Shown piece after piece: positions 38,684-49,038 of a stretch of DNA of 64,000 nt. The position numbers and the translations under genes were made by a program. The stretch is taken from NCBI GenBank assembly GCA_963666975.2, contig CAXVYR010000002.1, positions 128,001-192,000 of the forward strand. Reading direction: 5' to 3'. This DNA is from Terriglobia bacterium (GTDB lineage: Bacteria > Acidobacteriota > Terriglobia > 2-12-FULL-54-10). A model generated the notes under the pieces. It searched no databases. It was not told the origin of the DNA and was given only the letters and a program-made list of their open reading frames with translations. Every line of letters begins with the position of its first letter. The first letter of the stretch is position 1.

Positions 38684-40132
38684 GAGGGTGTCCCATACAT
38701 AGTTGAAGGTTGAACGGCGGTTCGGCCCGAATCGAATAGAATCGGGCCAAGCCTAAATCCTATAGAAGGAGAACCGCCGAATGAAGGGAAAATATCACGT
38801 TTTGGAACTGGGTTCCAAGGGAGCCGAAGAAACCATCCAGAAGTTTTGCCAAACCAACGGACAGATGCTGTTGCCGGTGGTGGATCTGATCACGGAGGCG
38901 CGTCTGGCGGTGGATGAGGTGATTGATCGGGCCGGGCGAGGTTTGATTGAAACGATTCTGAGCATGAGCGCAGAGCAAATCGCGGGGCCAAAGAGTCCCG
39001 GGAAGGCGAGCGGAGAGGTGCGCTGGCATGGCCGGCAATTGGGGAGGGTGAAACTGGCCGATCGCCAGCTGCGGGTGGAGCGGCCCCGGCTGCGCCGGAA
39101 GGGCGGAGGGGAAGAAGCGGTGCCGGCCTACGAAGCGCTGCGGAAAAGCGAGAAGACGGGCGAGGAGATGTTCGAGGCACTGTTGAAAGGGGTTTCGACG
39201 CGGAACTACCGCGAGGTGATCCCGGAGATGGCCAACAGCGCTGGGGTGTCGAAGTCTCAGGTGAGCCGGGAAGCGGCCGAGCAAGGAGCGCGGCGGCTGG
39301 AAGAACTGTTGGCGCGGCGCTGGGAGGAGGTCGAGATTCTGGTGATTTACCTGGACGGAATGCGGTTCGGCTCCCACCACGTCATCAGCGCCGTGGGCGT
39401 GGACAGCGAGGGCCGCAAGCATGTGCTGGGGATTCAACTGGGCGCGACCGAAAACGCCGCTGCGGTGAAAGACCTTCTCACCCGCCTGCGCCAGCAAGGT
39501 CTGCGCACGGATCAGCGCTATCTGTTTGTGATCGACGGCGCCAAAGCGCTCCGCGCGGGGATCGAGGAAGTATTCGGCAGCAATCAGCTGGTGCAGCGTT
39601 GCCGTACTCATAAGCTGCGCAACGTGGCTGAGCGGTTACCAAAGGGCGACAAAATGCTGGCGAATCAGGTGCGGTCGCTGATGCGCGCCGCCTGGCGATT
39701 GCCCCAAGCCGAGGAAGGCATCGTGCGCATAAAGAAGCTCGCTGGGATGATCGAGTGCGATCATCCGGCAGCAGCCGCCAGCTTGCGCGAAGGGTTGGAG
39801 GAGACCTTTACGATCAATCGAGCCGACGTTCCTCCCAGCCTCCACCGCTGCCTGGCAACCACGAACCTCATCGAGAGCCCGCAGTCGGGCGTGCGGAAAA
39901 AGACTGGCAATGTTTGCCGCTGGCGCGACGGCGAGATGACGTTGCGCTGGGTGGCAGGAGCGTTTCTGCTGACCGAGAAGAATTTCCGGAAGATCATGGG
40001 TTATCACGATCTCTGGGCTTTGGCATCGATTCTCGGCCGAAGTCCAAACGCTGCTTCCTCTCACAAGGAGAAAGTGGCGTAATATGAACTCAACCCGCCG
40101 TCCCAACCTGCAACTGAGTTTGGGACACCTTC
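38684..40132 (+). mobile_element. IS256-family element, copy 1
   Basis: IRs GAGGGTGTCCCA/GAAGGTGTCCCA; 8-bp TSD CCCGTTCG at 38676-38683 and 40133-40140. Confidence 0.95.
38781..40082 (+). CDS. IS256 transposase (intact)
   Basis: GVSTR, YLDG, VIDGAKAL, QRCRTHK.RN and TTNLIES motifs. Confidence 0.95.
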   Translation: MKGKYHVLELGSKGAEETIQKFCQTNGQMLLPVVDLITEARLAVDEVIDRAGRGLIETILSMSAEQIAGPKSPGKASGEVRWHGRQLGRVKLADRQLRVERPRLRRKGGGEEAVPAYEALRKSEKTGEEMFEALLKGVSTRNYREVIPEMANSAGVSKSQVSREAAEQGARRLEELLARRWEEVEILVIYLDGMRFGSHHVISAVGVDSEGRKHVLGIQLGATENAAAVKDLLTRLRQQGLRTDQRYLFVIDGAKALRAGIEEVFGSNQLVQRCRTHKLRNVAERLPKGDKMLANQVRSLMRAAWRLPQAEEGIVRIKKLAGMIECDHPAAAASLREGLEETFTINRADVPPSLHRCLATTNLIESPQSGVRKKTGNVCRWRDGEMTLRWVAGAFLLTEKNFRKIMGYHDLWALASILGRSPNAASSHKEKVA

Positions 40133-41230
40133 CCCGTTCGTGCTGGATCGAGAAGATGCGGTCTAACTCCCGTCTGGCTGGCGGCAAAAAGGCGCTGCCC
40201 GGTTGGGCGGTCGGCACGGCAAAGCGCCGATTGAACTCCCCGATATAGCCCTCCCGCAGGAACCCATTCGCTGCCTCGACCGTAGTAATCTCCCGCAGGC
40301 GCAACTCTTGTGGTAGCCGCCCTTGCCAAGTCCCGAAATTCCGCTCGCCACGTCCTCGCGCCTGCGGCGAGTAGGCCGGAATCATCTGAATGCCCAGATC
40401 CCGCAGTGCACGGCCCACCTGGGTCGGCCGTTGCCGATCGACCAGATCACCCGCCTTTCGGGTCAGGAAGAAATGACTGGCCCGGTCGCTATAGAGGGCG
40501 CAAAAGATCCCCTGCTGCTCGACCACCTCCCGCAGGGCAGCCAGCACCGTCCGCGTCGATTCCTGCTCCACCAGTTGCGCATAGTAAATCTCGCTGCTGG
40601 CATCATCCAGAACCACCAGCAGGTCATACCAGCGATCATCGACAAACCACTGATGTTGGCTCCCATCCAGATGCAGCAGCATCCCCGGCAACGGCCGCCG
40701 GGGCCGCCGCTGGCGGTGCACGCCCCGCTTCCGCCTCTTGTTTACCAACCCCGCCCCCTGCAACGCCAGCTTCACCCACGTATAGCTCAGCCGGAGGCCG
40801 TGCTCCTCCCGCAGCTTCTCGTGAAAGTGCCGCACGTTGAAGTCAAAGTACTTCTCCTGATACAGCCCCAGCACCTTCTCCACCGTCCCCAGGGGTACTC
40901 GCCGCGGACTCGGCTTTCCCCGCCGCCGGTCCAAACAGCCCGTCGTAGCCGTACTGCTCGTACCGGCTGCGCCACCGCCGCATCTGCCGGTCGCTGATCC
41001 CGATGATCTCGGCTGCCTGCCACCAGTTGATCCGCTTCCCTATCGCTCGCAAGATTACTTCTTGTATCTTCATTGCCCGCTCCATCGCGGCCCTCGGGTA
41101 TGACTCCATCTCCACCTCCTGGATAGATGCTCTTACCCCAGACCGCCTTCTAAGCGGACACTTCACTTGCTATTTCCACCGGACATATCATGTGCTAACG
41201 ACATAAAACTCTGGGTAAAGTTGAAAGGTT

Positions 41231-42678
41231 GAAGGTGTCCCAAACTCAGTTGCAGGTTGGGACGGCGGGTTGAGTTCATATTACGCCACTTTCTCCTTGT
41301 GAGAGGAAGCAGCGTTTGGACTTCGGCCGAGAATCGATGCCAAAGCCCAGAGATCGTGATAACCCATGATCTTCCGGAAATTCTTCTCGGTCAGCAGAAA
41401 CGCTCCTGCCACCCAGCGCAACGTCATCTCGCCGTCGCGCCAGCGGCAAACATTGCCAGTCTTTTTCCGCACGCCCGACTGCGGGCTCTCGATGAGGTTC
41501 GTGGTTGCCAGGCAGCGGTGGAGGCTGGGAGGAACGTCGGCTCGATTGATCGTAAAGGTCTCCTCCAACCCTTCGCGCAAGCTGGCGGCTGCTGCCGGAT
41601 GATCGCACTCGATCATCCCAGCGAGCTTCTTTATGCGCACGATGCCTTCCTCGGCTTGGGGCAATCGCCAGGCGGCGCGCATCAGCGACCGCACCTGATT
41701 CGCCAGCATTTTGTCGCCCTTTGGTAACCGCTCAGCCACGTTGCGCAGCTTATGAGTACGGCAACGCTGCACCAGCTGATTGCTGCCGAATACTTCCTCG
41801 ATCCCCGCGCGGAGCGCTTTGGCGCCGTCGATCACAAACAGATAGCGCTGATCCGTGCGCAGACCTTGCTGGCGCAGGCGGGTGAGAAGGTCTTTCACCG
41901 CAGCGGCGTTTTCGGTCGCGCCCAGTTGAATCCCCAGCACATGCTTGCGGCCCTCGATGTCCACGCCCACGGCGCTGATGACGTGGTGGGAGCCGAACCG
42001 CATTCCGTCCAGGTAAATCACAGAATCTCGACCTCCTCCCAGCGCCGCGCCAACAGTTCTTCCAGCCGCCGCGCTCCTTGCTCGGCCGCTTCCCGGCTCA
42101 CCTGAGACTTCGACACCCCAGCGCTGTTGGCCATCTCCGGGATCACCTCGCGGTAGTTCCGCGTCGAAACCCCTTTCAACAGTGCCTCGAACATCTCCTC
42201 GCCCGTCTTCTCGCTTTTCCGCAGCGCTTCGTAGGCCGGCACCGCTTCTTCCCCTCCGCCCTTCCGGCGCAGCCGGGGCCGCTCCACCCGCAGCTGGCGA
42301 TCGGCCAGTTTCACCCTCCCCAATTGCCGGCCATGCCAGCGCACCTCTCCGCTCGCCTTCCCGGGACTCTTTGGCCCCGCGATTTGCTCTGCGCTCATGC
42401 TCAGAATCGTTTCAATCAAACCTCGCCCGGCCCGATCAATCACCTCATCCAACGCCAGACGCGCCTCCGTGATCAGATCCACCACCGGCAACAGCATCTG
42501 TCCGTTGGTTTGGCAAAACTTCTGGATGGTTTCTTCGGCTCCCTTGGAACCCAGTTCCAAAACGTGATATTTTCCCTTCATTCGGCGGTTCTCCTTCTAT
42601 AGGATTTAGGCTTGGCCCGATTCTATTCGATTCGGGCCGAACCGCCGTTCAACCTTCAACTATGTATGGGACACCCTC
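41231..42678 (-). mobile_element. IS256-family element, copy 2 (inverted)
   Basis: Near-identical to copy 1; 8-bp TSD GAAAGGTT at 41223-41230 and 42679-42686. Confidence 0.95.
41281..42581 (-). pseudogene. IS256 transposase with 1-bp deletion near 42020
   Basis: ATTCTGTGATT versus ATTCTGGTGATT in copy 1 splits the ORF into 187 and 246 aa. Confidence 0.88.
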
Positions 42679-42755
42679 GAAAGGTTTTCCTAACTCTGTT
42701 AAACGCTCCGAGTTAACGTCTGACCAGACGCCTACCCTGGAACAGTTCAGGGCTA

Positions 42756-43012
42756 TGCGACATCTAGCCAGTACACGTACACCTGAGCCCGAAGTTATCG
42801 AAAAGCGTTCAGTGACCAAGGAAGAACTGGACCGACTCTTCGAGGTTCTCTCGGGGCTGACTCCCTCCCGAGTGCGGTTTTTATATCGCCAACGTTGGGA
42901 GACGTGTCGTTTGAACCCCGGCAGCCTTCCCAGAGTGACCGATATCCAATACCTAGAGACGACCTTGCGTGTGCTTGATGCTTGGCGGCTTCAGGGAATT
43001 GATGTGGGGTGA
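42756..43012 (+). CDS. Small hypothetical protein
   Basis: Plausible helical sequence EELDRLFEVLSGLT...IQYLETTLRVL; no recognised family. Confidence 0.35.
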
Positions 43013-43544
43013 GGCGCTACAGTGTCATGATCTTGTTTGTAAACACGCACTCTCGCCGGACCAGACGAAGTATTCGCTCCCTCCTGACGACCGTAGGCTT
43101 GCGAGTTCACTTGGCTGGTTTGTCGGCATTGCGTACAAGTGGTCGGTCAAGCTCCCGCGAAACGGCGTTCTGGGGGATAGATCCTCTCTTGTCGCCTAGC
43201 GTTTACCGAAATTCAGCCAGTGATCGGTTAACTATCTACCTGGAAACAGACCCACTACCTGCGCTTCTGTCACACCTGCCCGGCTGTCCTTTTCCACAGA
43301 GGTTCTGTATACTTTCCCGTTCTTATAGCATAAGGCAATGGATCAGCCTGGCTCGGAATCTTCACGAATATCGGAAAAATGGACAGAATATTATTACCTC
43401 CTTAGTCTAAAATCGACTCGTATGAGCCTGCGCGGAAAACCACGAGGTGAAGCACTGTCTTCCACAAGAATCCCTATTGACCGTCTTAGACCGTTTTCAC
43501 AGTTGGGGTGTAGCAGCATTGCAGTGGAGGCGACATCCACGGAA

Positions 43545-43627
43545 ACCCGCTCCTTTACAGTCGCGGCTCGGATTCGGCTTGATAGGGGGGAATCGAAAGC
43601 CGAGCCACGAGCGTAAGCGAGTGGGTG
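43545..43627. repeat. REP-like element, CCGAGCCGCG family
   Basis: CCGCTCC...GTCGCGGCTCGG ... CCGAGCCACGAGCGTAAGCGAGTGG. Confidence 0.7.
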
Positions 43628-43969
43628 GCTTCTTTGACTGGCGAGTCCTATACACCTTTCGTGAAACCGCCCTAGAAAGCATAGGTCAGGTTTTGTTAGG
43701 AAGAAGAAAATATTTTTTTGCGAAACGAACCTAAATAATTAGCTAACTCTTCTATAATCAACAAAAATTGTTTCACTGAGGAGTGAACAAAGCCAACATT
43801 TGAGACGTGAGGAATAGTTTTTAAGCTGCCATGGTACGCTTCCATGGTGCAGGGAGGTAAGACCAGGAGGTAAGACTATGATGAGGGACTTAGTCATCTC
43901 CACAAAGATGGGCCGGTGCGGATGGTTAGCCAGCAGTCCTAGGTTTAGCCCTCGAAGCGAGCCACTTCC

Positions 43970-45577
43970 ATGAAGATTCTGACGGCAGCTCAAATGCGAG
44001 AGATTGACCGCATCTCCATAGAAAAGCTGGGCATCCCCGGCATGGTGCTGATGGAAAACGCCGGGCGGAATCTCCTTCGGCTGCTGGAGGAGAAGTTTCC
44101 GAACCTCAAGCGGGAAAGGGTGGCGGTTCTGTGCGGCAAGGGCAACAACGGAGGAGATGGATTCGTCATAGCCCGGCATCTAAAGATGCGCGGCCATCAT
44201 CCGCGCGTCTTTTTGCTGGCCGATCCGCAGAGCCTGAAAGGAGACGCCCGCACCAACTACGAAATCCTGCTGCAGAGCGGCTTGCGGCCCACTCCCGTCC
44301 GGGACATGAACGGATGGCTGGGAGTGAAGTCCGACCTGCTGCGGTCCACCCTCCTGATCGACGCCATTTTGGGCACCGGCCTGGGAGGTCCTGTAGAGGG
44401 CTTTTATTTAGAGATCATCCGGGACCTCAACAACAGCTTCGCCTCGGTTCCGATAGTCTCGGTGGACATCCCTTCGGGGTTGCCCAGCGACACGGGCGAG
44501 CCGCTGGGCGAGTCGGTGCGGGCCAGCTACACGGTGACGTTCACAGCGCCGAAGTGGGGCCACATCTTTCCGCCCAACTGCGAACGCGTTGGCGAGGTGG
44601 TGGTGACGCCGATCGGAACGCCGCCTTCCGTCTATGAGGATGATGCTTCGATTTTCCTGAACCTGCTGGCCCCCGGCGACCTGAGCTTTGTTGCCGAGAA
44701 GCGTCCGGGGGGCTCACATAAGGGCGACTTTGGACACGTTCTCATCGCAGGCGGCTCGCGCGGCAAAAGCGGCGCTGCCGCCCTGGCGGCCATGGCGGCG
44801 CTCCGTGCCGGGGCTGGTTTGGTGACCGCTGCCACCCCATCCAGCGCCTTGTCGGCTGTCGCCAGCGCCGCGCCGACCCTCATGACGGAGCCGCTGGCGG
44901 AGGGCGACAGCGGCGCGCTCTCAATGCGAGCGTTTGACTACGGGCGGTTCGCGCACATTGCGGCCGGAAAGTCGGTTTTGGCCATCGGGCCGGGACTCTC
45001 CACCCATCCTGATACGGTAGAGTTCACACGCCGTGTGGTGCGAGAATTCACTGCGCTGCCGCTGGTGGTCGATGCCGACGGGTTGAATGCCTTCGCGGGC
45101 GAAGCCGGGCTATTGCAGGGCGAGGGACGCAAGCTGATCCTGACGCCGCATCCGGGGGAGATGGCACGCCTGACGGGCCTCAGCACGGCTGAGGTGCAGG
45201 CGCGGCGGGTGGAGTTGGTCCGGGAGCTGGCCACGCGGCAGAAGGTTTACGTCGTATTAAAAGGATACCGCACGCTCGTTGCCGAACCCAAAGGCCAGGT
45301 CTACGTGAACCCTACCGGGAATCCAGGCATGGCCACCGCCGGCACGGGCGACGTGCTGACCGGGATGATTGCGGGCCTGCTGGCGCAACACCCAAACCTG
45401 CCTGTGGAGAAGGTGCTTTCGGCTGCCGTCTACTGGCACGGGGCGGCAGGCGATTTGGCTGCGTCCAGGAGGGGCGAGGTGTCGCTGGTGGCCACCGATA
45501 TTATAGATGCACTGCCCGAAGCTCTGCCGAAAGCTCTGGAGACCCCCGCCCGGCATCCAGAAGACGGGCGCCTATGA
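43970..45577 (+). CDS. nnr: Bifunctional NAD(P)H-hydrate epimerase/dehydratase
   Basis: LMENAG, GKGNNGGDG, DIPSG, HKGDFG, TPHPGE and ATAGTGDVL motifs. Confidence 0.95.
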   Translation: MKILTAAQMREIDRISIEKLGIPGMVLMENAGRNLLRLLEEKFPNLKRERVAVLCGKGNNGGDGFVIARHLKMRGHHPRVFLLADPQSLKGDARTNYEILLQSGLRPTPVRDMNGWLGVKSDLLRSTLLIDAILGTGLGGPVEGFYLEIIRDLNNSFASVPIVSVDIPSGLPSDTGEPLGESVRASYTVTFTAPKWGHIFPPNCERVGEVVVTPIGTPPSVYEDDASIFLNLLAPGDLSFVAEKRPGGSHKGDFGHVLIAGGSRGKSGAAALAAMAALRAGAGLVTAATPSSALSAVASAAPTLMTEPLAEGDSGALSMRAFDYGRFAHIAAGKSVLAIGPGLSTHPDTVEFTRRVVREFTALPLVVDADGLNAFAGEAGLLQGEGRKLILTPHPGEMARLTGLSTAEVQARRVELVRELATRQKVYVVLKGYRTLVAEPKGQVYVNPTGNPGMATAGTGDVLTGMIAGLLAQHPNLPVEKVLSAAVYWHGAAGDLAASRRGEVSLVATDIIDALPEALPKALETPARHPEDGRL

Positions 45578-45578
45578 G

Positions 45579-46103
45579 ATGAATAGCCAGATGGATGGTC
45601 ATATGAGTGGCCAAATGGCAGGCCGCAACTTCCTGACGCACTCCGCCGAGGAGACTATTCAGTTGGGCCGGCAGGTGGCCCGGCAGCTTGTGCCTCCCGT
45701 AGTGGTTCTTCTGGTCGGGGACCTGGGCGCGGGGAAAACGACTTTTACCAAGGGCTTGGTGGCGGGCCTGGGAGCCGCTGCCGAGGAAGATGTGACCAGT
45801 CCCACCTTCACCTTGGTTCACGAGTACGGGCCGCAGCAGCAAAAGGAAAAAGAAGACGCTCTGCGGGTCTATCACGTGGACCTGTACCGGATCGAAACCG
45901 AGCGGGACATGGAGACGCTCGGCCTGGAGGACCTGATGGCGGAGCGGGCCGTGGTCATCGTCGAGTGGGGACAGAAACTCGGTGCATCCTTTGAGAATCC
46001 CTGGACGGGGAGCCGCATACTTGAGGTTCGCATGGAGGCGGTGGGGGACATGGAGCGGCGCATCGAAATCCATTCGGGAGGGAATAAGGAGCCTCGCAGC
46101 TAG
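45579..46103 (+). CDS. tsaE: tRNA threonylcarbamoyladenosine biosynthesis ATPase
   Basis: GDLGAGKT, SPTFTL, HVDLYR and VEW motifs; follows nnr. Confidence 0.94.
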   Translation: MNSQMDGHMSGQMAGRNFLTHSAEETIQLGRQVARQLVPPVVVLLVGDLGAGKTTFTKGLVAGLGAAAEEDVTSPTFTLVHEYGPQQQKEKEDALRVYHVDLYRIETERDMETLGLEDLMAERAVVIVEWGQKLGASFENPWTGSRILEVRMEAVGDMERRIEIHSGGNKEPRS

Positions 46104-46169
46104 GTTCCGAAGCAGCCGGGAAGCCGCGACCGGCGGGCCAATCGAAACAGAGGAGGGTTCGAACCAGAT

Positions 46170-46955
46170 ATGGCAGATAAAACCTTGTGGGCTTTGATTC
46201 TGGGTTGCTCCAGCGGATTCGGCGAAGCCACCGCGCTGGAATTGGCGAGGCTGGGCTACAACATCTTTGGAGTCCATCTGGACCGCCGCGCCACTTTGCC
46301 TCATGCGGAGGAGATAGCCGGGAAGATCAGGGAAGCGGGCCGGGAGACTATGTTTATTAATGCAAACGCAGCCGACCCGAAAAAAAGGAAAGAAGTAATC
46401 GGCCGAATTCAGGAGCAGTTTCAGAAGCAGTCCGGGACGGTCCGGGTGTTGCTGCATTCGCTGGCCTTCGGCACCTTGCAGCCGCTGTCGGGTGAAGGCG
46501 CGGTGACGCAGCCGCAGATGGAGATGACCTCCGACGTGATGGGTCATAGCCTGGCCTACTGGGTGCAGGATGTGGTGGCCGCCGGGCTGATGGAGCAGGG
46601 AGGGAGAATCTTTGCCATGACCAGCTCCGGCGGGACGCGCGTGATGCCCAGCTACGGGCCGGTTTCCGCCGCCAAGGCCATTCTGGAATCACACATCCGC
46701 CAGTTGGCGATGGAGCTGGCCCCTCGCGGGATCACCGCCAATGCCATCCGCGCCGGTGTGACCGATACGCCCGCGCTGCGAAAGATTCCGGGCAACGAGA
46801 AATTAATCGAAAACGCTCGGCTTCGCAATCCGTACGGGCGGCTCACTACGCCCGAAGACGTTGCCTCCGCCATCGGCGTGCTGGCTCAGCCGGGCGCGCA
46901 CTGGATCACGGGAAATGTGATCGGGGTGGATGGCGGCGAGGACGTCACCGGGTAG
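46170..46955 (+). CDS. SDR oxidoreductase, enoyl-ACP reductase (FabL-like)
   Basis: GCSSGFG, Y..V.AAK, GVTDTPAL and ITG..I.VDGG motifs. Confidence 0.82.
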   Translation: MADKTLWALILGCSSGFGEATALELARLGYNIFGVHLDRRATLPHAEEIAGKIREAGRETMFINANAADPKKRKEVIGRIQEQFQKQSGTVRVLLHSLAFGTLQPLSGEGAVTQPQMEMTSDVMGHSLAYWVQDVVAAGLMEQGGRIFAMTSSGGTRVMPSYGPVSAAKAILESHIRQLAMELAPRGITANAIRAGVTDTPALRKIPGNEKLIENARLRNPYGRLTTPEDVASAIGVLAQPGAHWITGNVIGVDGGEDVTG

Positions 46956-46979
46956 AGCACTTTCACAGTTAGTGTAGAG

Positions 46980-47684
46980 TCAGGGCAGGCGGGACGAAAG
47001 CCGCTTCTCTCTGGCTCGTTTCCGCTTGGCAAGCCCACCCATAACCAGGCCCGATAGCACAAGGACTGAGGTGGCCGGCTCTGGTATCGGAGTTACACCA
47101 GCAGGCGCAACTCCGGTGAGCGTAATGGTGTACTCCTTTTCCTGGGAAGAACCGGTGGAATCCCAGCCGATGATCGGATCAGCTCCGCCGGGTCCGTTCG
47201 GCCCGACCTGACTTGAGGGGACGAGCGGATCGAAGATCAGCCCCGTAGCGCTAATCGGGTCGCGGTTAAAATCCGATATGGCCAGAAAGTACGTGCCGGC
47301 AGGTAATGCGGAGGGGGGGGTGCCCATTAAGCATGCGGCGGTTGATCCGGGAGAATCACAATCGTCATTCGACCAAACACCGAAGCCGAGTGCATCGAAC
47401 AAGAACAACTGGGCATCTATGCCTGCTATGAACAACCCGGGAGATACGGGTGGATCCGCCGTAAAGGCCGAAAAAGGTTCGATGCCGGTAATAAGCAACT
47501 CGAACATGTCAGAGCCCCCACTGACCGTCCCGGTAATTTCAGTAAGCGGACTTGCCGTGGCCTGCTGCGACGTACCTGGAAGCTCGCCTGCGTCACCTAT
47601 CTCTGCGAAGGCATCGGCAGAGGCTATCTGGGCGAAAAACAAAGCCGCCAGGACGGTAGTAAAAAGTGTCATCTTCCCAATCAT
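46980..47684 (-). CDS. PEP-CTERM surface protein (DVUA0089-like)
   Basis: GGAGG RBS, signal peptide, DAQLFLFD..G...NDD; C-terminal IPEP + TM + KRKR. Confidence 0.88.
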   Translation of the reverse strand: MIGKMTLFTTVLAALFFAQIASADAFAEIGDAGELPGTSQQATASPLTEITGTVSGGSDMFELLITGIEPFSAFTADPPVSPGLFIAGIDAQLFLFDALGFGVWSNDDCDSPGSTAACLMGTPPSALPAGTYFLAISDFNRDPISATGLIFDPLVPSSQVGPNGPGGADPIIGWDSTGSSQEKEYTITLTGVAPAGVTPIPEPATSVLVLSGLVMGGLAKRKRAREKRLSSRLP

Positions 47685-47729
47685 TCTTCCTCCTTGTGGC
47701 GGTTTTGAAATATGCTGCTCCCCGCAGTG

Positions 47730-47744
47730 GCAGACCTTGGGCCA
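47730..47744 (-). promoter_or_regulatory. Sigma54 -24/-12 promoter of the PEP-CTERM gene
   Basis: TGGCCC-AAGGT-CTGC (GG-N10-GC) 45 bp upstream of the ATG. Confidence 0.6.
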
Positions 47745-48229
47745 CTCATTTATTGTTCGGATTCCGCCACTCAAATTCGTAGCAGATGTAAGGTCAAAAC
47801 AACCGGGGTGCTATGACATTGAAAACACAGCAAGTCCTTCAGGACACGAAAAGGCAGGAGAGGGGGAAAGTGGAAAAGTATTTCTATCTTGTGACAAATA
47901 TGAGAGTTGCCTTCAAGTTAAAAAGACCCACAGAAATCCAGCAACGCAGATTTAAGTCACTAGCATCCTGTTCAGCTATCACCACTTTTATCACGTGCCT
48001 GATGTTGTGGGTTTGTCAAGTGCACAAGTCCGGAGAATCTACCCTCTTCGACTCAAACTGGCTTTGTTTTAGCCCTGCCAGGACAACCTCCTCAAGATTC
48101 TAAAGGACTTGTCTGGTTCGTTTCGTAAAAATAACTTTTTCTGCTGCATGGCTTCCTCGATCGGTTTTCCCTCCATCCATTCATACAAGTCGATGTTCTA
48201 CCCGCCGGATTCGTGAGGCAATAGAACTA

Positions 48230-48949
48230 GGGGCTGTCCTAGCTAAGCAGATTGCTTAGGGATAGGATGGCGATATGTACGAACGGCGTAGTCGGCTGAG
48301 CAAGGCGAAGCGGGATCGGTTGGTGGAGCACTTCGTTGCCGGGACGACGGCACGGGCGGCGGCTGAGCTTGTCGGGGTTCATCGGAACACGGCCGCTTCG
48401 TTCTATACACGGATTCGCACGGTGATTGCCGAGGAGACCCAGAAAGCCTCTTCGGTTTGCGGCGAAATCGAAGTGGACGAGAGTTACTTCGGTGGTCGCC
48501 GCAAGGGCAAACGCGGTCGTGGTGCTGGCGGGAAAGTCCCGGTTTTCGGGCTTTTGAAGCGTGGAGGAAGGGTCTACACGGTGATGATCCCCAATGCCCG
48601 TACGGACACGTTGATGCCGATCATGGAGCGCCTGATCCAGCCCGACAGCATCGTCTACACGGATGGCTTTTCGAGCTACGATGCTCTGGATGTGTCGGAC
48701 TTCCACCATGTTCGGATCAACCACTCGGAACGGTTCGTCGACGAACGGAACCACATCAATGGGATCGAGAACTTCTGGAACCAGGCAAAGCGGCATCTTC
48801 GGCGCTTCAACGGGGTGCCCAAACAGAGTTTTCACTCTTCCTGAAGGAGTGCGAATGGCGCTTCAATGGCGGTAACCACCGGACACTGCTTAACCAATTG
48901 AAGACATGGATCAAATCGAGACAGAATCACCCTTAGCTAGGACAGCCCC
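48230..48949 (+). mobile_element. IS1595-family element (IS1016 type), 720 bp
   Basis: Perfect 18-bp IR GGGGCTGTCCTAGCTAAG; 8-bp TSD TAGAACTA. Confidence 0.95.
48275..48936 (+). pseudogene. IS1595 transposase with 1-bp deletion near 48835
   Basis: EVDESYFGG, VYTD, NGIENFW; conserved LFLKECEWRFN lies in a shifted frame. Confidence 0.85.
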
Positions 48950-49038
48950 TAGAACTATTCCGAAGATTCCGAGAAGGAAGCCATGCCCGGCGAGATACAG
49001 GTTTCCTTCTCGGTGCCGGTGTGAAACCGCTATAAAAC

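Larger units (their letters stand above)
38380..41109 (-). pseudogene. IS1202-type transposase, with a 1-bp frameshift near 40932 and split by IS256
   Basis: HTH WQAAEIIGISDRQMRRW; HLDGS, DDA, YSDR, PQARGRGERNFGTWQGRL; C-terminus ERVVNRDNTV resumes left of the IS256. Confidence 0.85.
38327..41203 (-). mobile_element. IS1202-family (ISNCY) element interrupted by IS256
   Basis: Ends TGTTGTTAGCA.../TGTCGTTAGCA..., each with two TAGCA..RTGTCCG sub-repeats; transposase motifs. Confidence 0.85.

Noticed and set aside
39636-40934. 432-aa ORF as an intact transposase
   Set aside because: It is a chimera: IS1202 core reading into the antisense strand of IS256 after position 40133
41204-42700. Canonical dif/xrs site after removing IS256 copy 2
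   Set aside because: The reconstructed arms ACTCTGGGTAA and TTTTCCTAACT are 10 bp apart rather than 6, and the XerD match is weak
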